Part shown: piece by piece, positions 1 to 11,671 of the stretch | Numbering within the stretch: the first letter of the stretch is position 1 | Layout of the letters: each line of letters begins with the position of its first letter | Origin: Novakomyces olei | Taxonomy: Eukaryota | Assembly (NCBI GenBank): GCA_016906335.1 | Contig: JADEYG010000015.1 | Coordinates: 1,178,001-1,242,000, forward strand | Length of the DNA stretch: 64,000 bases | Reading direction: 5' to 3' | Position numbers and translations under genes: made by a program | The notes under the pieces: generated by a model | Told to the model about the DNA's origin: nothing | What the model saw: only the letters and a program-made list of their open reading frames with translations | The model's database searches: none

Positions 1-407
1 GCTGGTGCTCAAGCTGCCACCTAACAATTCGTTCTCGCGGCTGATACGCAAAGTAGAGCGGGCTTCCGTGCTCTATAAAAGTCGTCAGCATTAACTATAC
101 AGGCCAAGGCAGGAGCAGGCAAAAAGAACACGAATCCACGAGCAAACCATACCTTGAACGCAAACCGCTCCAGCAGGTGAGCCAAACCTGGAGCCGGCTG
201 AAACCGGCTGCCAGCACGAACAATTGCCGAGAGCGCAGCAGTCGGCGATCGGTCCGGACGAGCCGCGACTTTAATGCCGTTGCCGACCGTAGCGGTTTCA
301 AAATTGATGAGCTTTGGATCAGCAGGCGAAGCTGTAGCGTAGCAGCGACGAGCCGCCCGCTGCAGCAGTGCGGCAGAGCGGCCACGAGCAGAAAGGTAAC
401 AGCTCAT
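1..407 (-). CDS. QCR2: Cytochrome bc1 complex core subunit 2 (M16 family), 5' part; runs off the window start
   Basis: Arg-rich presequence, then ...AIVRAGSRFQPAPGLAHLLERFAFK. Intron 152-73 (GTATGG...GCTGAC...TAG). Exon 2 reads STEARSTLRISRENELLGGSLSTS, typical of Qcr2. Confidence 0.85.
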
Positions 408-654
408 GACAATTGGTCTTTTGCCGTACGCAGTGAAGGGAGAGAAATGATCCGGACCGTAGCAATTTTTGACCGGCTGCGGATTATACGGGTTGTTACT
501 GGTCAGTTGGGCTTTTGCTCAAGTATAAATTTACAGGCGAATTCTCTCCAATGTTTTATTCATATTATTCGCTATCAGCAGTATATAGTGTAATGGATGA
601 ACGCGCACCTCTCTTGTTATTCCTTGTGGATATCAAGTAATCAACAGACGCCTG

Positions 655-800
655 ATTAACCCTAATTGCTTAATTATCATAAAGTTTTAGGGTTAGTTTG
701 ACACAGTAAGAGCGGGGACTAGGGCTAGTTGGGCACAGAAAGAGTGAGTTCATATTAAACTAAGAGATTAGGGTTAATTAGGCACAGTGAGAGATGTTAC
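655..800. repeat. Short array of the ~31-bp telobox-core repeat (about 3 direct units, preceded by an inverted AACCCT)
   Basis: TAGGGTTAGTTTGACACAGTAAGAGCGGGGAC, TAGGGCTAGTTGGGCACAGAAAGAGTGAG and TAGGGTTAATTAGGCACAGTGAGAG; same unit as the array at 6451-6970. Confidence 0.8.
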
Positions 801-843
801 AAACAAATGAATTTAGTCCAATGCAATTCCCCTTCAGTACAGT

Positions 844-2248
844 CTATATCTTGTAGTTCATCAAATCAAAGGCACAAATGACCTCTTTCCCAAACGGTTC
901 GGCGGCAAGATCACCAATCTGCTTCATTATGGCAGCAGACTGAGGATTTGTTTCTACATCGCCACGATATCGAGACGAAAAATGATTTAGTATAAGCGTT
1001 TCTGCCCCGATACAGCTGGCAAAGGCTCCAGCCATCTCGGGAGTACTGTGACCATGCTTGATGCAGCGTACTTTTGCCGCGTGTTTAAGCGTTTCCACGA
1101 CTGCATTGTTTTGCAGCTCAGTAGCAGTTAGGTCTTGTTCGGGTATAAATGCGTTTGTTGCTTCATGTACTAAAATAGTGGGTTCAGAAGCCAGTCCGGC
1201 AATGTTTGACGGGTCAAATGTATCCCCCAGGATTATGATTTGCCTTCCTGGCCTTGGCTGTGGTGGCGCCAAAATTACACCATTAGAAAGTCGTAAAGTT
1301 TCGCCCTGCTGAAGCCTTGAAAGCAGCTGCAGCGGATTCGAAAGACCTAATTGTGTGCGAATCGTATCAGCATTGGCCCTGAGCAAAGGACCAAAATGAG
1401 ACATATCTATTCGGCCAGGTCGGGGTGTTTCATTGAGTACATAACCCACACATGGCAGAGTATGCCTAATACTGGCAGCATGTATGGTCCAAGTAGAATT
1501 TTGGAAAATGTTCTGCCAGCGATCATTATCATCAGGGAAAAGGTTACGACCAATAGCAAGCTCTGACCGATAGAGTGGCTGAGTGTGCAAAGGTGTGATC
1601 TGAGTCCCCGACTTAAAGTGCAGTTCGTGTACACAGTAGGGTACAGTTATCATTGTACTAGTTAATTTTAAAATGCTTCGTACAAAACTGCGTAACCCAT
1701 AAGGGCCGTATAATTCGAGTGGCTGTAGGGTTAATAAACGCAAAAGAAAAGCAAAATTTGGACACAAATGCTTCAAAGATCGGAAAATATACGTCAAAAT
1801 AAATAAATGAATAAAAAAATAAAAAATTAATGCAATACAAGCGGACAGAAATGAAACCGGCTTTACCTCTGAAGGATCATCCTTTACATTATCCTCACTA
1901 GCAGACTCTCCGCCCAATAAAGCGGCCAGTAAAGATCCCAGCCCAAAACAATGATCTCCATGCATATGTGTAACGAATATTTTCTTTATTTTTGACATTC
2001 GTAACGTTGAGCGCTGTAATTGTTTAATCGTAGCTTCCCCACAATCAAAGAGCCATATTTCGCCATTGCTACGAAGAGCGAGCGAAGACTGATTACGCGT
2101 GGCACTGTGCTGTGCAGATGACTATGAATTAGATTTGCTAACATACCGTTTAATTATTTAATAATTTAATTTTTTTTTCTTTATAGATTGGTTTCAAATT
2201 CTTAATCTTGTCTCGCATTTATACCGTTCCCAGGAAAGTTATGTCCAT
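844..2248 (-). CDS. Short-form tRNase Z (RNase Z/ELAC1-like metallo-beta-lactamase), 3 exons
   Basis: MDITFLGT|SSAQHSATRNQSSLAL...WLFDCGEAT, THMHGDH motif II, GDT, HEAT, GHST and NHFSSRY motifs. An in-frame 144-nt intron at 1866-1723 explains the hydrophobic stretch in the ORF track. Confidence 0.9.
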
Positions 2249-2717
2249 AGTAGAAAGGCTTCGTGACAGCAAGCGTCGGTTGAACCCGCACGCCGCTGGC
2301 GCAGTCGATGCCGCGCGACGAAACAATCCGAGCAGTAACAGTTTGTATGATTGAAATTGTGCCAATTTAGTTACTCGACATTTGGCTCGAATGTGAATGA
2401 AGCAATCAGGATTCAGTAATAAATAATTTTTTTATTTTAATTTCTCGTCATATAGAATTATTAGATTGATAAATTATTCTCCTATACTTTTAAATACTTT
2501 ACTTTTTTGGCTGCTATTTATTTACAAATTATTGTGCGCCAGTCAACATTACTCGCTCGCTATTTGGGGTATAAAACATTCTCTAATATGCTTTAAAAAT
2601 CACGTTCCGTTAGATTTCTAAAATAATTAATTTTACTGGATTAATAAGACTAAGCTTAATTAACAAGTAGTTCGTAATCAGCGGCCAAACGCCTTTACCC
2701 CACACAAACAAAGCATT

Positions 2718-3997
2718 ATGGATGATAGCCTTTTGCACGCATTGTCCGGTGCTATTGGGGGCGTAATGGCCACGTCCATTACGTACCCTCTTGTCGTTAG
2801 TAAGAAATGCTAAATCTATGTGGAAAGTCTAACGATTCGAGTTAGTACTCGGGCTCAAGTGAGTGGAAAAGATGACGACAAAAGCCTTTGGCAAAGTGCA
2901 CAGCGCATTTTGGAAAGCGAGGGCGTTAGCGGCCTTTATTCCGGTATCGGGGCCAGCATGAATGGTATTTTTATAACGAATGGTAAGGTTGACACAAGGA
3001 TCCGTACAATAGGCTCGTGCTAATATGTATGGAAAGCTATTTATTACTACATTTACGAACGGACCCGTGCCTTTGTGTTAAAGGGCCAGCCACCACGATC
3101 AACGACGACTAAAGAGTCGATCGTGATGGGAGCCATTGCCGGTGCCGGGGCAGTTTGTTTGACTAACCCGCTGTGGGTTCTGAGTACACGCGCAGCATCC
3201 AGAGCTCAAACGTACAAGGACGAGGCGGAAACGCCCTGGCTTCTTGCCGGTGGGCATTTAAACCCGATCAATATTGTTCGGGATCTGGGTGCTATAGTGG
3301 AAGAAGACGGGCTTAAACGGCTTTTTGCTGGTGTGGGACCAGCACTTTTGCTTGTTCTCAATCCCATATTGCAGTATACAATTTACGAAAGGCTGAAGGC
3401 TGCGGTGGAAAGGAAGAGACAAATTGGGTCTTGGGATTTTTTCTTTTTAGGGGCTTTGAGCAAGCTTATTGCCACAGGGACTACTTATCCCTTGTGTAAG
3501 TAGCCTTAGAATTTGTTACAGCTTTCGTTACTGATGGAGTACTGATGATACCGACTGTTCCACATCTATCGATAATTGATTGCTTTTTATATCAAAATTC
3601 AATTCTTGCTGGATGCTGTTAATGCTAATTTACAGTGACGCTACGTTCCCGAATGCATGTGCCGTCTGCGCCGAGCGGATGGCGCCAAATAAGATCAGAT
3701 TTGAGTTCACCTCGGCAGTTTGCGAAATTGTATCGGGGAGTAGCATCCAAATTGTTACAGAGCGTGCTTACTGCTGCGTTTCTCTTCTTGTAAATATCAC
3801 TTCTCTTTTTCCCTTCGTCACCTTTTTTATTTCTTCATTAGCCGGCCTTGGCTCTTTGCTAATCCACGTCTAGGTTCAAGGAAACGTTGTACATCAACAC
3901 CAAAAGGATGCTGTCCCTAGAGCAGTTGCAAGCGGCTCTATTACTGCTGTCTCGCCGGAACGCTGCGAGAGCTGTTCCGGGAAAGAAATTTTCATGA
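2718..3997 (+). CDS. Mitochondrial carrier family protein, peroxisomal PMP47/PMP34/ANT1-like, multi-exon
   Basis: MDDSLLHALSGAIGGVMATSITYPL; TNPLWV; GVGPALLLVLNPILQYTIYE; LSKLIATGTTYP; LYRGVASKLLQSVLTAAFL; last exon FKETLY...KKFS*. Confidence 0.85.
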
Positions 3998-4255
3998 TTG
4001 CTTTTGTAGTTTGGGTTTAGAGTTTTGTGCTGGCCTAGTGTTTCATAGTATTCTGTATTATTTGCTTCTGTATGGTACTGGGCCATGAATTTTGTTGTAA
4101 TCAGTTCATTTAGCAAGATAAAGCAATACCATTATATGGATCACCCTAATCCCGCGTTTTGGACGCTTACTCTACCAAACGATCGTCCATACTGCAGCAT
4201 TCAACAGAGATCGCGAGTTACTTATACTGGAACCTGATCCCCGTCCGTACCGTAC

Positions 4256-6385
4256 TCAATACAAGCCCGGTTTGCTGTCAAACAACTGGATTATTGCATC
4301 ATAGCGCTGGATTTGCGTCCACAGTTTCAGCTCAATAGCATTGTACTCTTCAGTTTCTCTTAATTCCCAAGGCTGTAGTTGCACTGCATCGCTTGCACCG
4401 TTAGGCACAAGAAGGCTTTTGCTCTTGACAGACCTCTCCCTTAACGCCTGCTGGACCCGTAAAAGCGTGGCCTCTCGTTTCCGTTTTTCCGATATCATAC
4501 GCTGCCAGCAGAGAAGAATCGTTGTTTGAAGCATTTCAACAAGAACTGCATAAGCCCTGGCGGGCTTATGGAACCATAAAAAAAATGTTTTACTTGGAGC
4601 TCGGTCTGTTCCACGGGGGACTTCTTGCAGATCAAGTGCTCCGAAAACGCAAAGACTTGTTAATATTGAGCGTATATCTGTTTGTTTGACCAGGGCAATA
4701 TTTGAAACATGCTTTTCATCCATCATGCCCGTATTTCGTATCACCATCAGGACACGTCGGGCCGATATACCGAATTTTTGTCGGCAAATCTCGCCGTACT
4801 CCAGTTCCCGAATACGATCACGGACTCCTTCAAAATCAACGGCCCAAGCACCGGAGCCACGATCTTCCCTTTTCACAACAAACCGGATTCCGTCCTGTGC
4901 AAGAGCAGCTAAATGGTCATTTATCTGTTTAAGACGGCCTGCATATTCGTTAACGTTTTCCTTCGCTAAAGCTCCGTCATCGTCGTCATTGTCATCGTCA
5001 TCAAGGTCGATGTCGTCATTCTTATGGTCATTCGTGCTCATATCGTCTTTTATAGTGTCTTCTGCCACCTCTGGCGGGCTGGCAAACCCTTGTGATAAAT
5101 CTAAATCAGACGGAATGCATCTTAATAGCTCTATAGTAGACACAGCGAGCTCTGTCGGATAAGTTAGGGTTCACAAATTATTATGAATCAGAATATTGTA
5201 CCATAGTACCAATATTTTAGTTAAATTTAAGAAAATATTCTTAAAAATGTAATGTAGAAGCAATATAGAACGCAATATTGTAATAGAAAAACTAAAACTT
5301 ACGCCGAGTGTCGACATGGCAATTTGGAATGTCCTTTTCCAGCCTTAACAAAAGATGATTATAGACCTTTGCAGTAGTCTCTGAAAGACGATGCCCTGCT
5401 AGATCCACCAGCTCAGCCCTCCGAAACATGACAAGGAATTTCCCGTGGTTGATTCGTACTATTGCGTCCTCCTGAACATGAGCAACACGATGCAAAGGCA
5501 GAATTTAAAGATGGAAAAGCAGAGCAAACAGTGGAGATTTTAAATCACGCACGCCAAGTTGGATTGGCCTGTACAAAGAGAATTTACGAAACACAAATAG
5601 TAAAGTTACCGCAATTTCATAGGCTTCTTCCTCTTCATCTTCTTCAGCAACACGCCGCCGCTTACGAGGCGCATTGGCGTCATTGCCAGTCTTCAGTAGC
5701 CCCGTAGTAAAAGCAGTCTCGTACGCCCACTTTTCCTGCACTCGTACTGTCTCTTGTTGAATCCGTTGTCGGCGCGCTGTTTCCGTCATTCGCTTTTCCT
5801 CCGCTATTTGGGCCTCCACGTCTCGATTCACATGAGCCAGCAAATCGTACCGCAGCCTCAAATCACGTGCCTGGACTTTTACTAGAAGGTTACGCTGTAA
5901 CAGATCCACCAAAGCTGGCCGAAACTGAGGAAACACAGAGAGAACGTCGTCCAAGCGCGACCGTCCATGAATAGAGACAAACTTGACAATTGCCGCTGCC
6001 TCGTTTGAAATTTCGGCAGCAGTCACAGCGACTTCACGGCCCACGCGCAAACAGTCGTGCACTGCAAAAGGCTCACACTCATAATAAACTGTATCTTCTC
6101 CGCCTACCGAGTCCCATTGAGACGCGTACCGAGCGTAGCCATGGCACAAAAGCGTTACTAAGCTCTGCAGAATAACCCTTCTCGGCAGCTTCGTGCGAGC
6201 TGCAATTTGCCGTACGGTTGAACGGCCGTGGTAGAGTAGTGCCTTGCCCACACTCTGCAATATCGTTAGTCGAGCCACGTTTTTCCCATTTTCTTGAAAT
6301 TTTATTTATCTGAGTATACCGCGACCACAGGACCGTGAAATTCTTGAAGCGCCAGCACTGCAAGATCAGCGGCCGCACGAGACAT
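4256..6385 (-). CDS. RPC82: RNA polymerase III subunit C82/RPC3, 4 exons
   Basis: MSRAAADLAVLALQEFHGPVVA|SVGKALLYHGR N-terminal HTH; C-terminal LQEVPRGTDRAPSKTFFLW signature. Confidence 0.92.
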
Positions 6386-6450
6386 GCTGCAGGCGTCTGT
6401 CTACAGCAGTTTGCGCATAATACAAAAAATTGTTTGGATTAATAAATTGA

Positions 6451-6970
6451 AACGCCTTCCTACAGTGTCCAACTAACCCTAATCACTTAGTATAACCTGA
6501 AGCGCACTACTATTGTGGCCAAGCTTCAGGGTTAGTTGGACAACGTAAGAAAGCGAACTAGGGTTAGTTAGACACAATATCAGTGGGGATTAGGGTTATC
6601 GGACACGGAAGAGGTGGGACTAGGGTTAGTTAGACATATAAGAGGGGGTACTAGGGTTAGTTAGTCACATAAGATTGGGAACTAGGGTTAGTTAGACATG
6701 TAAGAGTGGGCCCAGCATAGGGTTAATTGGACGCAGAAAGAATGCGGAGTAGGGTTAGTTAGACATGTAAGAGTGAGGCATAGGGTTAGTTAGTCACAGA
6801 AAGAATGTGGAATAGGGTTAGTTGGGCACCGAAAGAATGCAGTTTAGGGTTAGTTGGACACTAGTTGGACACTAGTTGGACACTAGTTGGGTACGTAAGA
6901 GTAGGGACTAGGGTTAATTTGGCTCCGTAAGGGTTAGCTAGGGTTAGTTGGACAACGTAAAGAGTGCGGT
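6451..6970. repeat. Degenerate tandem array of ~13 direct units (30-35 bp) plus one inverted unit; core TAGGGTTAGTTRGACAC
   Basis: AGGGTTA recurs at 6528, 6560, 6592, 6622, 6653, 6684, 6719, 6751, 6782, 6814, 6846, 6910 and 6940. Inverted copy at 6451-6482. Internal 11-mer (CTAGTTGGACA) triplication at about 6851-6890. Confidence 0.95.
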
Positions 6971-7297
6971 TAATTCATATTGGTCTGTATAAAACTTCAT
7001 CCATAGTATCAAAGGCTATTCGTCCTAATTATAAAATGGCTTTTAGTTTAGCTCAAACAACGCCTCTCGAGTATTGCCCTCAAATCTCGAACTGGTTGTA
7101 ATCTCAATACTTAATACTAACCCTGGTATTTGTATATAATAATTGGACAACTGGCCAACACTTCGAACTTTTAACTAAATAAATATATCTACTATACCTA
7201 CTATACTTCTAAAATAATCGCAATCTCTTGTAAACAGCGTAAAGAGCGACTAGCGCGACTTGGCCGCAATGTCCTCGCGTGGCATATAGCTGATGTC

Positions 7298-10183
7298 ATG
7301 CAAGCAAACGCAGAGTATGTCGAAATTAATAGCGATGACGATGTCTCGTCACTGGACCAGCATGTAGATGTGGATGGATCTGAGGCTTCAGGCGCAGAAA
7401 CACTTTCTCCACAATCAGATATATCAATCGAAGAACTCTCTGCGCCTCAGCAGCAGTATACAGTTTTCCGGCAAAGGTTTCGATCTCCTGATACCGATTC
7501 TACGGCCTATCCTTCTTCAGCTTCGCCGTCGTCTACAGTAACGGAGGATCAAGCGTTTAGAAATTCGATTGTAAATACCAACGCTGCTTCTTCCTCTCTT
7601 GGATTTGGAGAAGGGTCCATGCCCACAGAGCAATCTGGTCTCGAATCCGTTCCAAAGCCATTACCTCTGTTTATTGAAGACTCTTCGGACAACGAGTCGT
7701 CAAAATGGGACAGATTGAGGATTCGTGCGAAGCCGGGCCAGGCAGACGATGCTGACGAGGATAACGACGATAGCAATGGAGCTGATTATGATGACAACGA
7801 GAAAAAGCATAAAATTAATGCTCGCTATACAGGAAATGATCATTCAACCGATTATCTCATTGACGGTCGCAATGGACATGGCTCTGGAGCGCGTGACATC
7901 TTTAGGGATATGCAGGGACTCTTCGTGCCGGAAAGCCCAATGGAACTTGATCGGCCGCCGGAAAATGATGACGAGGAAGATGATTCGTTCGTTGATTGGG
8001 ACGACAAACAGTTCTGGCGTGATTTTGATGGTCCTCCTGCCGCAAAAAAGAGACGGTTTGAGATCAGGCTATTTTCACCGGGGTTTCCCAGCGCATTTAC
8101 CTCGCTGGATCAGGATCTCTCGGAGCCCAAGTACCAACAAGTTGCATTTGACCATTTTGAAGAGACGGCAGAGATTGAGGAAATACGTAAAAGTAAACAC
8201 TTGTCGTCGTATAGCAATACTTCAGGGTTAAGGCCTCCCCTAGTATCGGTCAAAGAGCCCCATGGCACAGCATATTCAGACTATCTGGGACCTGAATTAG
8301 AGCAGTTCAAGCAAGTGTACAGTGCTGACCGACCTTATCTGAGCGACCGGGCTAGGCAGGCATTGGCGTATGCTGGAGGTCTTGAAGAGCTGGCTAAAGT
8401 AAAGGGCAGAATAATCCATGTGGACTTTGATAGACACGAAATCATGTACCTGAGACAAATGCTGGAGGCAGTCTATGAAACTAGCAAACGACCTGCCGAT
8501 GGCTGGTCCAGGATCTACTTGAAGAAAGCACTTGCCAAGGAAAACGTTGGCTTCCGTAGAAATGCGGATGATTGCTATAAGTTTCTGGAGGACAATAATA
8601 TTTCTGACTTGAGCCGGTACTTGTCCAGTTTGCCACCCACACCATTCGATTCGCAGATCGCAAATACTCCAGTGCTTTATATAAAAGCAGTTTCCGGAAC
8701 CCCGTGCTCCATCCAGCACAATCGGACCCGTTTAAAAGCGGGTCCTGTGGCGCTGATTAACCGCAGTATCGCCCGCTCCGGGGTTTTGGCAGCGCACGAT
8801 AGGACGACGGTCCAATCTCTGGTGAATTACACGTTTGCGAAATCAGGAGCCTTTCCACTATCGAGTGGGGATGTACTTGAGATCGCGTTCAGTTCAGTGG
8901 CCAATCTAATGAGCATGTGCTCCCTGTCTATAATGAACGAATTCAACCGGCCCGGCAACCTGTGGATGGGCGATCTTGACAGACGCAAGGCAAAATTCCT
9001 GAATGCTCATCGTCGGGGCCCCGACACGTACATGACCGTTAGCAGTACAAAGTTCACAAGGGACGGTGACTATATAGTGTCCGGGTCACATGATTCCACT
9101 ATCCGGCTATGGGACACTCAAGGCATGGAGCAGTTAAAGTTGCAGGACCATGGAGCGGCCGTAAACTTTCTTGACTCACATAGTGTAGAGCCGAGAGCGA
9201 TTGTATCTGCGTGCCAGGACGGCCGTATTTACCAGTACAGATTTGCGAGTGCAGATATACATGACTATACCCGTTTTGCTATGGCAGTACCGGTCGGGTT
9301 GAAGCGTAACTTGGCCGTGGCCACTGTCGCCTATGGCCAGGGTTACTTTTGTGATACAATATACGCTGGTTATGAGAACAGTAACGTTAACGGGACAAAT
9401 ATGGGAGCCCTCGGCGCCTTTGATGCGGCCACGGGGACGCTTAAACAATCCATTATTCCCTCTACTACTTCACACGCCTCCATCTTTACTCACCCAACAG
9501 TACCGTTCTGGGTGACGGGCAGTATGACCCACAAGGACAGTAAAGTCAGGCTCTATAGTTCTTACGATAATCGAATGATCATCGAATGCGATTCCCGGCA
9601 ACGCGATTTGAATACGGTGACAATGTCACCCTGCGGCCGGTTCCTCACGTCCAGTGGCACCGATAATTCTACGTTTGTTTTTGATGTTCGAATGCCTGAT
9701 GATGTGCTGCACGTCCTTACTCATGGAAATTCACAGCTGCGGGCCCAGGGCGATGCCAGGTTCGAGGACCTGGATTTGGGCGTCAATTTTGCAGTTTGGA
9801 ACCCTATTGATAACGGTAATACTTTTCTTTCTGGCGGGTCAGATGGCACTGTACGGTTATGGGACGTTAAACGTGCAGAGCCGGAAATACTGACCATTGC
9901 AAAGTTTGATTCCGGTGTTACGTCGGGAGCAATTTCGCCTGATTGTACGCGGATTTGTATTGGGCAGCAGTCGGGGAATATGACGGTTCTCGAGACTGGG
10001 TACGGGGGGAGTTGCCAACCGTTTGCTGTTGACAGCAGGTTTGCCCAGTCCGCGCCTGGTGCTGAACAAGGCATGGAAGGCGATGATCACGAATCGGCCC
10101 GTGCTGCTAGAGAATTGCTTGATGAAGGTCGTGTGGTTGTACGCGAGACGCCGGAGGGGTTACGGTTCGTTTATGCCGCGTAA
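7298..10183 (+). CDS. WD40 protein with long acidic N-terminus; likely Raf1/Dos1/Clr8- or DIM-9-like DCAF
   Basis: 961-aa intronless ORF with a C-terminal WD40 propeller (SGSHDSTIRLWD, SGGSDGTVRLWDVKR). The SSGDV...NRPGNL segment resembles the Raf1/DIM-9 family as I recall it. Confidence 0.65.
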   Translation: MQANAEYVEINSDDDVSSLDQHVDVDGSEASGAETLSPQSDISIEELSAPQQQYTVFRQRFRSPDTDSTAYPSSASPSSTVTEDQAFRNSIVNTNAASSSLGFGEGSMPTEQSGLESVPKPLPLFIEDSSDNESSKWDRLRIRAKPGQADDADEDNDDSNGADYDDNEKKHKINARYTGNDHSTDYLIDGRNGHGSGARDIFRDMQGLFVPESPMELDRPPENDDEEDDSFVDWDDKQFWRDFDGPPAAKKRRFEIRLFSPGFPSAFTSLDQDLSEPKYQQVAFDHFEETAEIEEIRKSKHLSSYSNTSGLRPPLVSVKEPHGTAYSDYLGPELEQFKQVYSADRPYLSDRARQALAYAGGLEELAKVKGRIIHVDFDRHEIMYLRQMLEAVYETSKRPADGWSRIYLKKALAKENVGFRRNADDCYKFLEDNNISDLSRYLSSLPPTPFDSQIANTPVLYIKAVSGTPCSIQHNRTRLKAGPVALINRSIARSGVLAAHDRTTVQSLVNYTFAKSGAFPLSSGDVLEIAFSSVANLMSMCSLSIMNEFNRPGNLWMGDLDRRKAKFLNAHRRGPDTYMTVSSTKFTRDGDYIVSGSHDSTIRLWDTQGMEQLKLQDHGAAVNFLDSHSVEPRAIVSACQDGRIYQYRFASADIHDYTRFAMAVPVGLKRNLAVATVAYGQGYFCDTIYAGYENSNVNGTNMGALGAFDAATGTLKQSIIPSTTSHASIFTHPTVPFWVTGSMTHKDSKVRLYSSYDNRMIIECDSRQRDLNTVTMSPCGRFLTSSGTDNSTFVFDVRMPDDVLHVLTHGNSQLRAQGDARFEDLDLGVNFAVWNPIDNGNTFLSGGSDGTVRLWDVKRAEPEILTIAKFDSGVTSGAISPDCTRICIGQQSGNMTVLETGYGGSCQPFAVDSRFAQSAPGAEQGMEGDDHESARAARELLDEGRVVVRETPEGLRFVYAA

Positions 10184-10462
10184 TTACCGATTTGTGTAGT
10201 CGTGTTATTAGATTTATGCATTCAAGAGTAGAAAAGGAAGACTTTATTGCAATATGGTCTGTGCAATTGTAGATGTCATATCTGCATTGGTGCAATATTG
10301 TAGTCATTAATGTAGTTATTGTAATTATGTCAGGGTTAGTCAGGGTTAGGGTTAGTTAAGTTGTAATTATTGTTATTATGACCGTGGTTTATTCTGTATT
10401 TTCTTCCACGTATTATATTCACTATATGATTACCACTAACTTTAGAATTCATCACAACCGCA

Positions 10463-11671
10463 ATGTCGGACGCAGAGGCTGCCGAGTTGGAAAAACAAAA
10501 ATCGCAGGCAAATGTTGGGCTCGACGACGATTCTGATGACTCTTTGTCTGATCTCGATGATGAGCAGTTTGCAGATTTTGATGAGTCTTCGATCGGCGAA
10601 CCTACTCAGTTTACCGTGAAGGATCTACCATCGTTTAGGCGTAAGAAGGATGCTAGCGTAACTGAGCCACATGAGCCCCGTAAGGCTCGCTCAAAGCGGG
10701 AAAAGACGCGGCCAAAACCTGCTCGTCGGACTAGGACTGAAGTAGCTGGGGAAGAAGAGTCAGAAGAGCAACAACGGCCTGCTGATCCCATTTTAGCAGC
10801 CAAATGGGATTTAGATCAAGCAATCAATGCTTCCGTAGCTACGAACAAACGCAAGCGCAAGCCAAATGATGAGTACGATTTAGAACAGATGGCAGATGAT
10901 GAAATTATGCGCCTTAAAGACGATATGCGTTTGGCCGCGTTGGAGGATGCAGAGGCTAATACGCGCCACGAGCCGGCTACAAAGAAATTAAATATGCTCT
11001 CCCGCGTGGAGGATACGTTGCGCAAGTAAGTGTTGGAGAAATAATATCGAAAATAAAATTGGGAATTAAGGGTCTGATTAAATTAACATTATAGGGCATC
11101 GTTACATGACACAATTCTTGACAATAACCTTCTTGAATCAGTGCGTATGTGGCTCGAACCTTTACCAGATCGTTCGCTGCCTGCTCTTAATATTCAGCGC
11201 GTTTTGTTTAAAGCGCTGGTCCAACTGCCCATTCAAACTGACCATTTGCGTGAGTCTGGGGTGGGAAAAGTTGTTGTCTTCTACCAGAAATCACAGCGAA
11301 CTGATCCCACGATCAAACGAGTTGCAGACCGGTTGATCGGTGAATGGAGCAGGCCTATAATTAAACGATCGGCCGATTTCAGGGACCGGCAAGTCGCTTC
11401 CGTGGAATATCGGCCCAATCCGGCTTATGCTTCTAACGTAGCGGCGCCCCAGCAGCCAGAGGATAAGCTCCGTGCAAGGGCGGCTATTCCAAGGGCTAAT
11501 ACTGAGACTTACTCAATAGCTCCTCGCACGAATTTAAATACATTGCCTCAAGGATATCGGACTCAAGATACAGAGCAAATTCGAAAAATCAAAGCTCGTA
11601 TGCGGGCGGCTAAAGCAGAAGCAGGCCGGTCACGTAAAGCTACTGTTTCTATTGAAGGAAGAAACGCTTGA
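10463..11671 (+). CDS. SPN1: Transcription elongation factor Spn1/Iws1, 2 exons
   Basis: EPATKKLNML...K| intron (GTAAGT at 11026) |...WLEPLPDRSLP...LRESGVGKVV...WSRPI, the IWS1 domain. Confidence 0.95.

Noticed and set aside
6528-6970. CRISPR-like repeat/spacer appearance
   Set aside because: Eukaryotic context, no cas genes, and the variable halves are short (about 14 nt) and related to each other.
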